A DNA stretch of 64,000 nt from an uncultured Phycisphaerales bacterium (GTDB lineage: Bacteria > Planctomycetota > Phycisphaerae > Tepidisphaerales > Tepidisphaeraceae). Location: assembly GCA_963844715.1 (NCBI GenBank), contig CAWJPJ010000007.1:1056001-1120000 (forward strand), in the 5' to 3' direction. A model generated the notes under the pieces. The model was not told the origin of the DNA, did not search any database, and saw nothing but the letters and a program-made list of their open reading frames with translations. Shown one piece after another: positions 33,603 to 43,738 of this stretch. Numbering within the stretch: the stretch's first letter is position 1; each line of letters starts with the position of its first letter. The translations under genes and the position numbers were made by a program.

Positions 33603-35691
33603 TCAACCAAACGCGGCCAGACCGAGCGTCTGTCCGAATTGTTTGCCCAGCATCGCCCGGATCGGTCCATTCTCGCGCCGGATCAAACCAGGATCGCCCG
33701 ACAGCAAGAAATCCGCATCCTGTCTGGCCAGCCCCAGCAATTCCATCTCGTTCTCAACTTCCGCCAGCTTGAATTCCGGCAGCCCATGCTGCCGCGTGCC
33801 GAAGAATTCCCCTGGTCCGCGCAGCCGCAGGTCCATGTCCGCGATTTCAAAACCGTCGGACGTGGAAACCAGCGCCTCCAGCCGGGCCGCCGCGCCGGGC
33901 GTGACCGGATCGGCGATCAGAATGCATTGCGAAGGATGCACCCCGCGCCCAACCCGGCCGCGGAGCTGATGAAGCTGCGACAATCCGAACCGCTCCGCTC
34001 CCTCGATGAGCATCACGGTTGCATTCGGCACATCGATCCCCACCTCGATCATCGTCGTCGCCACCAGCGCATCGACTTTCCCATCGCGAAATTCAGCCAT
34101 CGTGCGCTGCTTCTGCTCCGTTGGCATCTGCCCATGCAACGGCGCCAGATTCAATCCCGATAACGCCCCCGTAGCCAAGTTCCGCAAATGCTTCGCCACC
34201 GACTTCGCTTCCCCCAAATCATCGTCGTCGATCCGCGGCACCACGATATACGCCTGCCGCCCCGCGGCGATCTGCTCGCGAACGGCCGCGTACGCCTGGG
34301 CCGCCTGCGATTGCCGAAGCCACCGCGTCGTAATCGGTTGCCGCCCGGGCGGAAGCTCATCGAGCACGCTCAGATCGAAATCCGCGAAATACGAAAGAGC
34401 CAGGGTTCTCGGGATCGGCGTCGCCGTCATCACCAGGTAATGCGGACTCCGCGCCTTTCCCGCCAGATAAGCGCAGCTGCAAAACCCCCAGCCGATGCTG
34501 CTCATCCACGACGATCAGACCGAGATTCGCAAACTCAATCGATTGCTGAAGCAGCGCCTGAGTTCCCACCGCGATATGCACTTCCCCGGCGGCGATCGAA
34601 TCCGCCAGCCTCTCGCGGGATTTCTGTTTCGTCCGGCTCGTGACCAGCTCGATCCTCACCTGCGAATCGCGCAGCAGCCGCGAGAGAAGCAGATAATGCT
34701 GCTCGGCCAACACCTCCGTCGGCGCCAGCAGCGCCGCCTGCATCTTGTTGGCGACCGAGACCAGCATCGCATAAAGAGCCACCGCCGTTTTCCCGCTCCC
34801 GACGTCCCCCTGAAGCAGCCGCTTCATCGGCCGCCCGCACCGCAGATCGCTCACGATCTCCCAAACGGCGTTTTGCTGCGCCGCCGTCAATTCAAAAGGA
34901 AACCGCGCCCGGATCCGCCGGTCCAGCGTCTTGTCGATCCGCATCACCGGAGCCGTCCCCGGCTGCACAAATCGCCGGTTCAGCCCCAGCGCAAGCTGCA
35001 TCGAAATCAGCTCATCATAGACCAACCGCCTTCTTGCCCGCCGTGCTTCGTTCCGATCCTTCGGCTGATGAATGCCCCGATATGCCTCCCGAAGCCCGCT
35101 CAATTTCCGCTTGCTCACCAGCCCCGTCGGACACCAGTCCCGAATCTGTTCCAATGCCGCCGGAAGATTGGCATGAATCACCTTCTCGATGATTTCACTC
35201 GACAGCTTTTCGCCCGCCGGATAAATCGCCCGAAATTTCGCGTCCGAAATTTTCGGCGACTCCGGCTCAACCGGTTCCCATTTCGGATTCACCATCTGAG
35301 GCAGCCCCCGGAAATACCGCACCGGTCCCCGAACCCGCAGAATCAACCCCGGATGAACCTTCCTGCGCAGGTAAGCCCCATGAAAAAAAACCAGGCACAA
35401 GCGATCCAGTTCGTTCGAGAGCGTCGCTTCGAATCGCGGCCGCCCCCGTCCCGCGATGTAATTGACCGCCGTCACCTCGCCGCGCGCGATCCCGATCTGC
35501 CCATCGGTGAGCAACCCGATCGGGCGCTCTTCCGATTCATGCTGATAGTCGCGCGGAAAATAATTGATCAGATCGCCAAGCGTGTTCACCCCCAGCCGCC
35601 GGAATTGAACCGCTCGCGCCGGACCCACCCCACGCAGTTCTTCCACCGGCTTGGCCAGAGGATCGCCGGCGGCGGTGGAAGTGATCGTCAT
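33603..35691 (-). CDS. recG: ATP-dependent DNA helicase RecG (frameshifted)
   Basis: LLQGDVGSGKT, DEQHR, MTATPIPR, QLHQLRGRVGRG, LRGPGE. Confidence 0.94.
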
Positions 35692-36359
35692 GGGTTCTGG
35701 GCGTCGTCTTCGGCCCATCCTTCTTGGCCGATCAGTTTAACAAACCGGCAAAGGCAGATTTCGCTCGTCGTCAGGCGATCCCCCTCTTTGCGCACTTCGA
35801 CGAGCATCTGTTCCTCCCCCTCGCCGATTGGAAGAACCGCAACGCCGCCGTCCGTCAGTTGAGATTGAAGCAACTTCTCCGGCACGCGCGGCGCCGACGC
35901 TCCAATCAGGATGCGATCAAACGGCGCCTCCTCCGGCCACCCAAGACTCCCGTCTCCGAAACGGAATTGAACGTTCCGAATATCCAGCGCCATGAGTTTT
36001 TCCCACGCCTCATCCAGTAGCGGCTTGAGGCGCTCGATCGTGTAAACCTTGCCGGCCAGCTTGGCCAGGATCGCCGTCTGGTATCCGCTCCCAGTGCCGA
36101 TCTCCAGAACGCGACTCCCCGGCTGCACGTCCAGTCGCGCTGTCATGAGGGCGACCATATAAGGCTGGCTGATCGTCTGCCCATGCCCGATGGGGGAGGG
36201 ACGATCCGCAAACGCCGCATCCCGGGCGTCCGGCAGAAAAAACTTCTCCCGCGGCACCGCCCGCAGCGCCTCGATCACGCGCGGGTCGGAGATGCCACGA
36301 TCCATGATCTGCTGGCGGATCATCCGCTCCTGCGCACTCATTTCACTCAATTGACTCAT
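35688..36359 (-). CDS. pcm: Protein-L-isoaspartate O-methyltransferase
   Basis: GQTISQP, LEIGTGSGY, APFDRI, FVKL. Confidence 0.94.
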   Translation of the reverse strand: MSQLSEMSAQERMIRQQIMDRGISDPRVIEALRAVPREKFFLPDARDAAFADRPSPIGHGQTISQPYMVALMTARLDVQPGSRVLEIGTGSGYQTAILAKLAGKVYTIERLKPLLDEAWEKLMALDIRNVQFRFGDGSLGWPEEAPFDRILIGASAPRVPEKLLQSQLTDGGVAVLPIGEGEEQMLVEVRKEGDRLTTSEICLCRFVKLIGQEGWAEDDAQNP

Positions 36360-36378
36360 AGACGTATTCTATCCGAAG

Positions 36379-37167
36379 ATGCCGACGAAGCCGAACACCC
36401 CACGAACGCCCGGGCCCATCGTCACCCTCAGCACCGATTTCGGCCTCGCCGACGCCTACGTTGCGGCCATGAAGGCCGCTATCTTCCGCCACGCGCCCCA
36501 CGCCCGGCTCATCGATGTATCCCACGAAATCCCGCCACAGGATGTTCTCTTCGGCTCAATCGTCCTGGAACGCGCCCTGGATGCCTTCGACCCCGGCACG
36601 ATCCATTTGGCGGTGGTTGATCCCGGCGTCGGCACGCCGCGGAAAATCCTGCTCATTGAGATCCACCGGCAATGGGTAGTCTGCCCCGATAATGGGCTCA
36701 TCACCTGGGGCTGGCGCTGGTGGGGGCCTACAGCTCGGTCGCGCGAATTGACCTGGCGTCCCCCGCAATTCAGCAGCACATTTCACGGCCGGGACATCAT
36801 GGCCCCGGCGGCAGGTATGTTGGCGGCGGGAAAGAAGCCCGGCGATCTCGTCGGCCGCACTTCCAGGCCGCATCTCCTGAATGTTTCACCCGCCAAGCGC
36901 CCCGCCAAAGGCGGCGAAATTATCTACATCGATCGATTCGGCAACGCGATAACGAATATTCCGCGCACCGCCTTGCCCCGGGGGAAGCGCGAAATCTCCC
37001 TCGGCGGCAAAAGCATGGGCACGATCAAACAAACCTATGGTGACGTGCAAAAAGGGGAATGCCTCGCGCTCATCGGGAGCGCGGACCTGCTCGAAATCGC
37101 CGTGCGCAACGGTTCGGCCCAGCGGGAATTGCGTTTGCATGTCGGCGATCAAGTTCGGGTGGATTAA
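36379..37167 (+). CDS. SAM hydroxide adenosyltransferase (DUF62) family protein
   Basis: TDFG, VVDPGVG, PDNG, TFHGRD, IDRFGN. Confidence 0.88.
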   Translation: MPTKPNTPRTPGPIVTLSTDFGLADAYVAAMKAAIFRHAPHARLIDVSHEIPPQDVLFGSIVLERALDAFDPGTIHLAVVDPGVGTPRKILLIEIHRQWVVCPDNGLITWGWRWWGPTARSRELTWRPPQFSSTFHGRDIMAPAAGMLAAGKKPGDLVGRTSRPHLLNVSPAKRPAKGGEIIYIDRFGNAITNIPRTALPRGKREISLGGKSMGTIKQTYGDVQKGECLALIGSADLLEIAVRNGSAQRELRLHVGDQVRVD

Positions 37168-37265
37168 CCCACTTGGCAAAAAAATCGCCGGCGATCTACA
37201 ATTCCCGGCTTGTTTGCAGCAGGCGACAGGAAACGGGCGGCGCCACGCCGCACAAGGACGAGATT

Positions 37266-37721
37266 TGAGTACCTTGCGGGAACACCCGGCTGGATGCGGC
37301 GGCGTGCCGAATTTCGTGATCGTCGCCGGATACGGGCTTCCGGGCCGGTCGCTCGTTGAAATGCTGCGCCAGGCGCCGCGCCGATTATTGCGTCATCGAA
37401 CTCAACCCGGAGGTTTGCGCCCGCGTGGCGGCGGGGGGTATCCACATCATGGTGGGGGACGCCGCTGAATTGGAAGTTCTGCGCCGCGCCGGAACTGAAC
37501 GAGCCAGCCTCGTCGCCCTCATGATGCCCGACGATCAAGCGGTCCTCCGCGCCGTTTCCCAGGTCCGCCTGCTCAATCAGCGCGCCCATCTCATCGCACG
37601 TTGCGCCTACACCTCCGCGGGCCTCGAGGCAATGCGCCGCGGCGCCGATCAAACTATTGTCGCGGAACAAGTTATAGCGACCGAACTCACCCAGGTGGTC
37701 GCCCCCTTCCTCAGTATCTAG
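37266..37721 (+). CDS. Stand-alone TrkA-N/RCK NAD-binding domain protein (frameshifted; start uncertain)
   Basis: VIVAGYGLPG, IELNP, GDA, GAD..V..E. Confidence 0.7.
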
Positions 37722-37935
37722 CGGACAATCCATTCCTTGCGCAATTGCACGACGTGCTCGCATTGTTTGCCGTTAAATTGCGGTGACCCATTCGGAAATA
37801 TTAGCTTCCTAATGATTTACAATATTCGAGATGCATTGCGCATTTCGGTGGATCGACTAAAGAAAATCGACCGGCGCTCGATAATGTCAGGGTCAGTGGG
37901 GGCTTAAGAAACTTATCAGGGAAGCAGTTGCAGAG

Positions 37936-38330
37936 ATGGCCAAGGTTGCACAGGGGCAGAGTCTCATCGCGGTTGACGATGACGCCGAAGTTTTGCGGGA
38001 AATCACCCGCGCTTTGGAGACTCGATTTACGGTTCGCGCCACATCGTCCGCGCGGCAGGCGTTGGCGTGGCTGCAATCGGATACGGCCGTCAGCGTGCTG
38101 ATCACGGGGCAGGTCTTGCGCAGCGGAATGGGGGTCGATCTGCTGGAAAGCACCGCCTAATACGCCCGGAAGTCCGGCGCGTATTGATCGCCGATTACTC
38201 CAATCTAGCCGCCCTGATGGATGGGATTCATAAAGGCATCATTGAGCGGACCATCGGCACCGACTCGTTGCATGTCGAACTCGCCGCCCTCACCGGTCTG
38301 GCGGCGCAGCAACCCCGCGCGGTCAAATAA
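37936..38330 (+). CDS. Response regulator receiver-like protein (frameshifted)
   Basis: IAVDDD, GVDLLE; second frame RPEVRRVLI. Confidence 0.6.
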
Positions 38331-38514
38331 CCTCCCAAATTACCGAAAAGGTTACCGGACCATGGGTTATACGACCCTTCATGGTCCTTTTTTCATTTCA
38401 CAATCCTACCCAAATCGTACAGGGAATTTAGGCAGCTAAATTGCGCTTTGAATGGGATCGATCCTTATGGCAGAATGAGATGCCGGTGGGGAGTTTGCGA
38501 AGGACGTTCGTTTA

Positions 38515-39129
38515 ATGCTTTTACAAACCAACAGCTATATCGTCCCTCGGGATAAAAGGATGGAACACGCGCGATTGCTGCGGCGTTTCCGTCAAACTCT
38601 GCTTCGGCTCGGCTGCGATCATTTCGAGGTCTACGAACAGGTCGGCACCAACTGGAACACCGGCGAGACCACCGGCCGGTTCGTCCAGATCATGCGGTTC
38701 CGCGACCGCAAACATCAGCTCGACGTCCAGGCCGCCGAACGCACCGACCCCACGGCCCAGGCGCTGGTCCGCGAATTCTGCGAATTGATCAACTTTCCCT
38801 ATCAGCAGCAGCAGGGCCTGTTCGCGGTCGGTTTTTACACCAGTTTTCTGCGCATGCCGCCGCAGCGCACCACCACCGCGACCGCGGTGGATGCGGCGGA
38901 TTCCGAGCAGGCCGGCGAACCCGAAGGCGCGGACGTCCTGCCGCTCCAGCCGCCCGATCATCCCGATTCGCAGGAAGCCGCCGGCGAATTGCAGCCCGTC
39001 CATTTCGATCAAGTCGAGACCGGCGAGCCGGAAGGAAACGGCAGCGACCAGCCCGGTTTAACCGGACCCGGCCTGGCCGAGGATGATGGAATCGTCCTCG
39101 AGGACGATTCGCATCTTAATCCGCAATAA
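38515..39129 (+). CDS. Hypothetical protein, globular N-terminus with acidic low-complexity tail
   Basis: 204-aa ORF with AAGGA RBS and GC3-rich codons. Confidence 0.6.
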   Translation: MLLQTNSYIVPRDKRMEHARLLRRFRQTLLRLGCDHFEVYEQVGTNWNTGETTGRFVQIMRFRDRKHQLDVQAAERTDPTAQALVREFCELINFPYQQQQGLFAVGFYTSFLRMPPQRTTTATAVDAADSEQAGEPEGADVLPLQPPDHPDSQEAAGELQPVHFDQVETGEPEGNGSDQPGLTGPGLAEDDGIVLEDDSHLNPQ

Positions 39130-39340
39130 AATTTTCTTCGCATTTCATTCCAGTTGAGTTTATCGAGCCTTTTCCGGCGGGACCGCTACCGACCACATAA
39201 ACGGACCGGTATTTCCACTTACCGTCGTTATCGGTCGATCCTTCCGTGCGCTCGCTATAATCCACAGACGATGAACTGGGCATCGGCACGACGAATCGCT
39301 GCCGATTGCCAGGAGTCGCGAAAAAAAAGCGGGAGCGCAC

Positions 39341-39790
39341 GTGAAGTCGATATTTCGCCTGATCGGGCTGGCATTAACCATCAGCGGGTGGGCCGTCGCG
39401 GCACTCTGCCTGCATGTCATCCGCACCCCCAATCCCAGCGATCCCAACGAATCGAAACTGGTCGTCATCCCCAAGGCGAGACTCGGAATTACGGACACCT
39501 ATGTTGATGCCCGGCATTGGACGATGGCGGATGTGCCCGAGCACAAGGATCTCGTCTGGCGCGTTCTCGACGCCGGGCAAGCCGAGCAACTCAAATTTCT
39601 GGCCGATCCGAAGAACGGGAGCGACGTTCAAACTCAACTGACCGATGCCCTGACCGGCTCGCGATCGCGCTCCTCGCGCACGCCCGCGACCGGGACGCGA
39701 TATGATCGCGACGATTCCTCCAAGGCTGCCCAAAACACCTGGGCCGGAATCGACTTCAGCGGCCTGCTCAATCTCCCCGTTTCGTTCTAA
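39341..39790 (+). CDS. Hypothetical protein with N-terminal hydrophobic helix
   Basis: GGGAG RBS, hydrophobic N-terminus, LHVIRT..LVVIPK..DTYVD. Confidence 0.55.
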   Translation: MKSIFRLIGLALTISGWAVAALCLHVIRTPNPSDPNESKLVVIPKARLGITDTYVDARHWTMADVPEHKDLVWRVLDAGQAEQLKFLADPKNGSDVQTQLTDALTGSRSRSSRTPATGTRYDRDDSSKAAQNTWAGIDFSGLLNLPVSF

Positions 39791-41129
39791 CCAGCTCACG
39801 CAGCGCCTGCGCCATTTCACCGATCGGCGTCTGCCAGTCCCCTAATTGCTTTTGCGGAAACAATCGCATCGTCGGATACCACGGCGAATCCGTCCGCCCG
39901 CGCAACCAGCGGAAGTCCGGACGCGCGGGAATCAAAACCCAAACCGGTTTTCCAATCGCTCCGGCGAGATGCGCGGCGGCGGTATCAACCGTAATCAGCA
40001 ATTCCAATTGCTCAAGAAGGGCGGCCGTATCCGCGAAGTCTGATAGTTCGCCGGCACAATCCACCCAATCCATTTCCGCCGGCGGCTTTTGCGATCCCTC
40101 CGCGCCTTTTTGAAGATTGAAAAATGTGATCTTCCCGGCTGCCGCAAGAGGCGCGAAGAGACTCAACTCCCGCGAACGATCCGAGCTTTCGCTTCCCGCC
40201 CAAACCAAGCCCACCTTAAAAGATGTGTCGTTGCTCAACCGATTCTTCCAAACATCGCGCAATTCGGGTGGGGGGGTCAGATACGGGATTTGCGCCGGAA
40301 TAGTTTCGAGCCTCAGCCCCAGGGCCAGGGGAAGACCCTGTAGCGGAATCTGCCAATCAAAGTTCGGCAGAGTCTCACCCTGACGAAAGATCGCCGATAT
40401 TCCCGCCGCGCCCGACAACAATCTCACCAGTTGTGGCTGGCACTCAACAATAACCTTCGCCCCGCGCTCCCGAACCTGCGGCGCCAGCCGAACGAACTGA
40501 ATGGCATCCCCGAATCCCCCTTCGGCGTGCAGAAGGATCGTCTTTCCCGCCGGGTTTTCCCCAGCCCATTGCGGCCGCGGAAAATCCCGCCGCAGATTCA
40601 GCCGCCGCAGCCGCAATCGCCATTCAAATTCCTTCCAGCCGCGTTCGAAATTCCCCAGCCGCAAAAGCGACATCGCCAGTCCCCAATGCGCCTCGGCGTT
40701 ATCCGGCTGAAGCATCACAACACGATCAAAGCATCGAATGGCATCTTCAAGTTGCTGTGAGTCGTGCAGCACGCCCCCCAGCGTGAGCAGAGCCTCCGGG
40801 TTATTCGGTTGGATTTCCAGTGCTCGCAGAAGAACGTCGATCGCCTCTTGGCTCCGTCCCGCGGAATTCATCGCCGCGCCCAGATTGCTCAGTACCGGCG
40901 TCGATGTCGGCATCAACGCCGCCGCACGGCTCAGAGCCTCCACCGCCTCTCCATATCTCCCCATGCGCTTCAGCGCAACGCCCAGATTGCTCCACGCATA
41001 GGGATGCTGCGGAACAAGATCGACGACTTGCTTGTAAAGGGGAACCGCCGCAGCAAGATCGCCGCGCATCTGCGCCGACACCGCGGATTGATAGAGCGAC
41101 TCCGCCTGCCCAAGTCGCTGCGCGTCCAT
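39768..41129 (-). CDS. TPR-repeat protein with C-terminal GT9-like glycosyltransferase domain
   Basis: TPR repeats (SNLG, EA), AEGGFGDAIQF, VGLVWAG, VDTAAAHLAGA, PWYP. Confidence 0.87.
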   Translation of the reverse strand: MDAQRLGQAESLYQSAVSAQMRGDLAAAVPLYKQVVDLVPQHPYAWSNLGVALKRMGRYGEAVEALSRAAALMPTSTPVLSNLGAAMNSAGRSQEAIDVLLRALEIQPNNPEALLTLGGVLHDSQQLEDAIRCFDRVVMLQPDNAEAHWGLAMSLLRLGNFERGWKEFEWRLRLRRLNLRRDFPRPQWAGENPAGKTILLHAEGGFGDAIQFVRLAPQVRERGAKVIVECQPQLVRLLSGAAGISAIFRQGETLPNFDWQIPLQGLPLALGLRLETIPAQIPYLTPPPELRDVWKNRLSNDTSFKVGLVWAGSESSDRSRELSLFAPLAAAGKITFFNLQKGAEGSQKPPAEMDWVDCAGELSDFADTAALLEQLELLITVDTAAAHLAGAIGKPVWVLIPARPDFRWLRGRTDSPWYPTMRLFPQKQLGDWQTPIGEMAQALRELVRTKRGD

Positions 41130-41263
41130 CAGACCACCTGCACGCGCCGCCCGACCCGTCGTTTGCGGTTGATCATCTGGCGACCCTTCTTGGTCCTCAT
41201 CCTGGCCCGAAATCCAATCGACCGGGCACGTTTCACTGCGCTCTTTTTGTGGGGGTAATGCAT
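41129..41263 (-). CDS. rpmH: 50S ribosomal protein L34 (absent from the ORF track)
   Basis: Hand translation MHYPHKKSAVKRARSIGFRARMRTKKGRQMINRKRRVGRRVQVV; GFRARM.TK.GR signature. Confidence 0.88.
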   Translation of the reverse strand: MHYPHKKSAVKRARSIGFRARMRTKKGRQMINRKRRVGRRVQVV

Positions 41264-41297
41264 GTAGCCAATCCTCTGACGATCAAAAAAGGTCTCG

Positions 41298-43722
41298 TTA
41301 CTGATTCCCAGGCACGTCGATCAAAATCGTCTGTAGCGCCTGGTTTCCCGCCACATCGGTGACGCGAATGGTGATTTGATGCTGCCCCGGCGCAAGCTCT
41401 TTCACCGTGAAATTCACGCTTTCGTCCGGGCTGTCGAAAATCTTATCGACGGGGAAGATCGCTTGCCAGTCTTCGTGCGAATCGAGCGTGTAATCCGCAC
41501 TGGCGATGGCGCAGATTCAGGTCCTGCGCCCGGAAGTTGATCTCGGCGTCGCCATTAACGATCTTCCACGCCAGGTCGCCCACCGTCGGCGGCGTGTTGT
41601 CGACGAGGTACGAATCGCTCACCCGGCTCGCGGTTTTCCCGTCCCCCGGCGCATTGGCGGCCGCGTCAGACGCGACCACCTTTGCCTGGTATCGTCCGTC
41701 GGCGGCCGTGTGCGTGTCCCAGTCGTAGCTGCTGTCTTTCAAATTGTCCTTCAGCAGAACCCAAGGACCCCCCGGCTCACGCCGGTAATAGAGCGTATAG
41801 ACCAGCGGATCGTTGTTCGGGTCCGACGCGTCCCAGGTAATCGTCTGCGTTCCCGTCCCATGCGGAGCGTCCGCGTCGGCATCGTGATCGCCCGTCGGCG
41901 GTGTCGCCGGCGCCGCTGATGCCGGCGCGGCGGCGCTGGTATCCCCCTCGCTGCCGATGCGAATCGACTTGATCACCGGCGCAAGGTTCGGCATTTGATA
42001 AGCGACGTCCACATGATCGACCAGCGGCGTTTTGTCCGGAACCGTCGTCCCGAATGTCAGGCGGTATTGCAGAAATCGCGCCGACGGCGCCGTAACTTTC
42101 AGGTACTCCGTCGCGTCCACGTCGTTCGTCCAGGCGGACCATCCCGCCGCGTCGGAATCTCGAACATTGCCCGATCGCGCCGCAACTTTGAGCGTCGTGC
42201 CGTCCGGCAATTGCCCGTGAAGCTGTAGATTGCCGAACAGGCTGGTCTGGGTCGCATCGAGCACGGCAGAAGTGTAAGTTCCGGAAGTGGCGTATCCGCC
42301 GGTCATCGCCGAGATCCCGCCCGTGTTCGCCAGCCCGATGAAAATCCGCCCGTCAGCTACCGGCAGAAGGCACATCACCTGCTTCGCATCCACCTTGGCG
42401 AGCACGACGGTTTCCTCGGCCGCCGGATCGACCTGGTAAATCTCCCCGTCATCCCCCGTGGCGATCAGCAGCGAACTTCCCCGCGCGATCATCGAGTAGA
42501 TCACGACGTCTTCGCGGAACACCTCGGTCACGAATCCATCCTTGTCGATCTTGTAGATGGCGTTCCCTTCCGGCTTGGGCTCGGTTGGCGTGGGGGGCAC
42601 CGCCGGACGCGGACCCGTATGGGCAGTTCCGCTGTTGTCTGGCGAAGGATTCGGCTGATTATCCCCGCCGTCGCCGCCACCGCCGCCCCCATCCGGCGGG
42701 CCCGGCTGATCGCCCGGAGGCTCATCCATCATGATCGGCTCCGAAAACCACGGGTCGAGCAATCTCGACTGCGGTCCTTTCGGAATCGGCTTGGGCTCCC
42801 CAGGATTCGGATTCGGCATCTGCGGCGGCTGCGGGGGTTGCGCGGGGGGATTCGACGGGATCGGTGTGATCGACGTATTCCCTTCCGGCCGGCCGCCGTT
42901 CTCATTCTGCGGCGCCTCCGCCGGTTGCGTCTGTTCACGATCCACCGTCTCACCCGTGGCCGCGAAAAGATTTCCCTGATCGTCCAGCGCCAGCGCCGTC
43001 ACATCCGATTCCGAAGCGTTGTACAAAATAAACGAGTCTTTCGTCTGGCGATTGAGCCGAATCACCAGCCCGTCCGGATCGGTCCCAAGATACAGCAGGT
43101 CTTTTCCGTCGCTGATCAGCGCCGTGATGTTATTTTCGTCGCTCTTGTATAGCTCGACGTGCGAATCATCGGGTTTGATCTGAAACACCTGCCCGTTCGG
43201 CCCCGTGGCCGCATAGAGCTGCCCGTCCGGAGTCTGCGCCATCGCCCAAACATACTGCACGCCGTCCGCGGTGAAGATCTGCTTCGGCGCGTCCCCCGGC
43301 TTATCGATGCGGAAGATCTGCCCCTTCTCCCCGCCAGTCCCGATGAACAGCCGCCCCGAATCATCCACCAGCAGGCAAAGAATATTGATCGTCCCGTCGA
43401 TGTGGGCCACGGTGGAGACCTTGTCGTCCTTCACCGCCAGCAGCGCCCCCTTCGGCCCCGTGCCCGCGTAGATCGTTCCGTCCGCGGCCGCGGCGAGGCA
43501 GTTCACCGTCGTCACATCCGGGTCTTCCTGTTGAATAACCTTCACGGCATGCGAGAGCTTCACGTCCCCCAGATTCGTCACCACCACGTTATGCAGCGTG
43601 CCCGCCTTAAAGTCCGCCTCGCTCGCCTGCGTCCAATGAGACGTACTCACCGCTCGCGCCGTCAGCGGAAAAGCGGCGACAAACCCGAGCAGTAAACAGC
43701 CAAGCCATCTGGTCTTCATCAT
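41298..43722 (-). CDS. Large secreted beta-propeller protein with Pro-rich insert and C-terminal Ig/Fn3-like domains (3' indel)
   Basis: Signal peptide; repeated DG.LYA.TG blades; WDASDPNND, DGRYQ.KV.ASD, VDNTPP. Confidence 0.75.
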
Positions 43723-43738
43723 GTTCGGAGCACCTCGA

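Noticed and set aside
36379..37167. Fluorinase or chlorinase for halometabolite synthesis
   Set aside because: Motifs and housekeeping context fit the widespread DUF62 hydrolase; no biosynthetic cluster nearby
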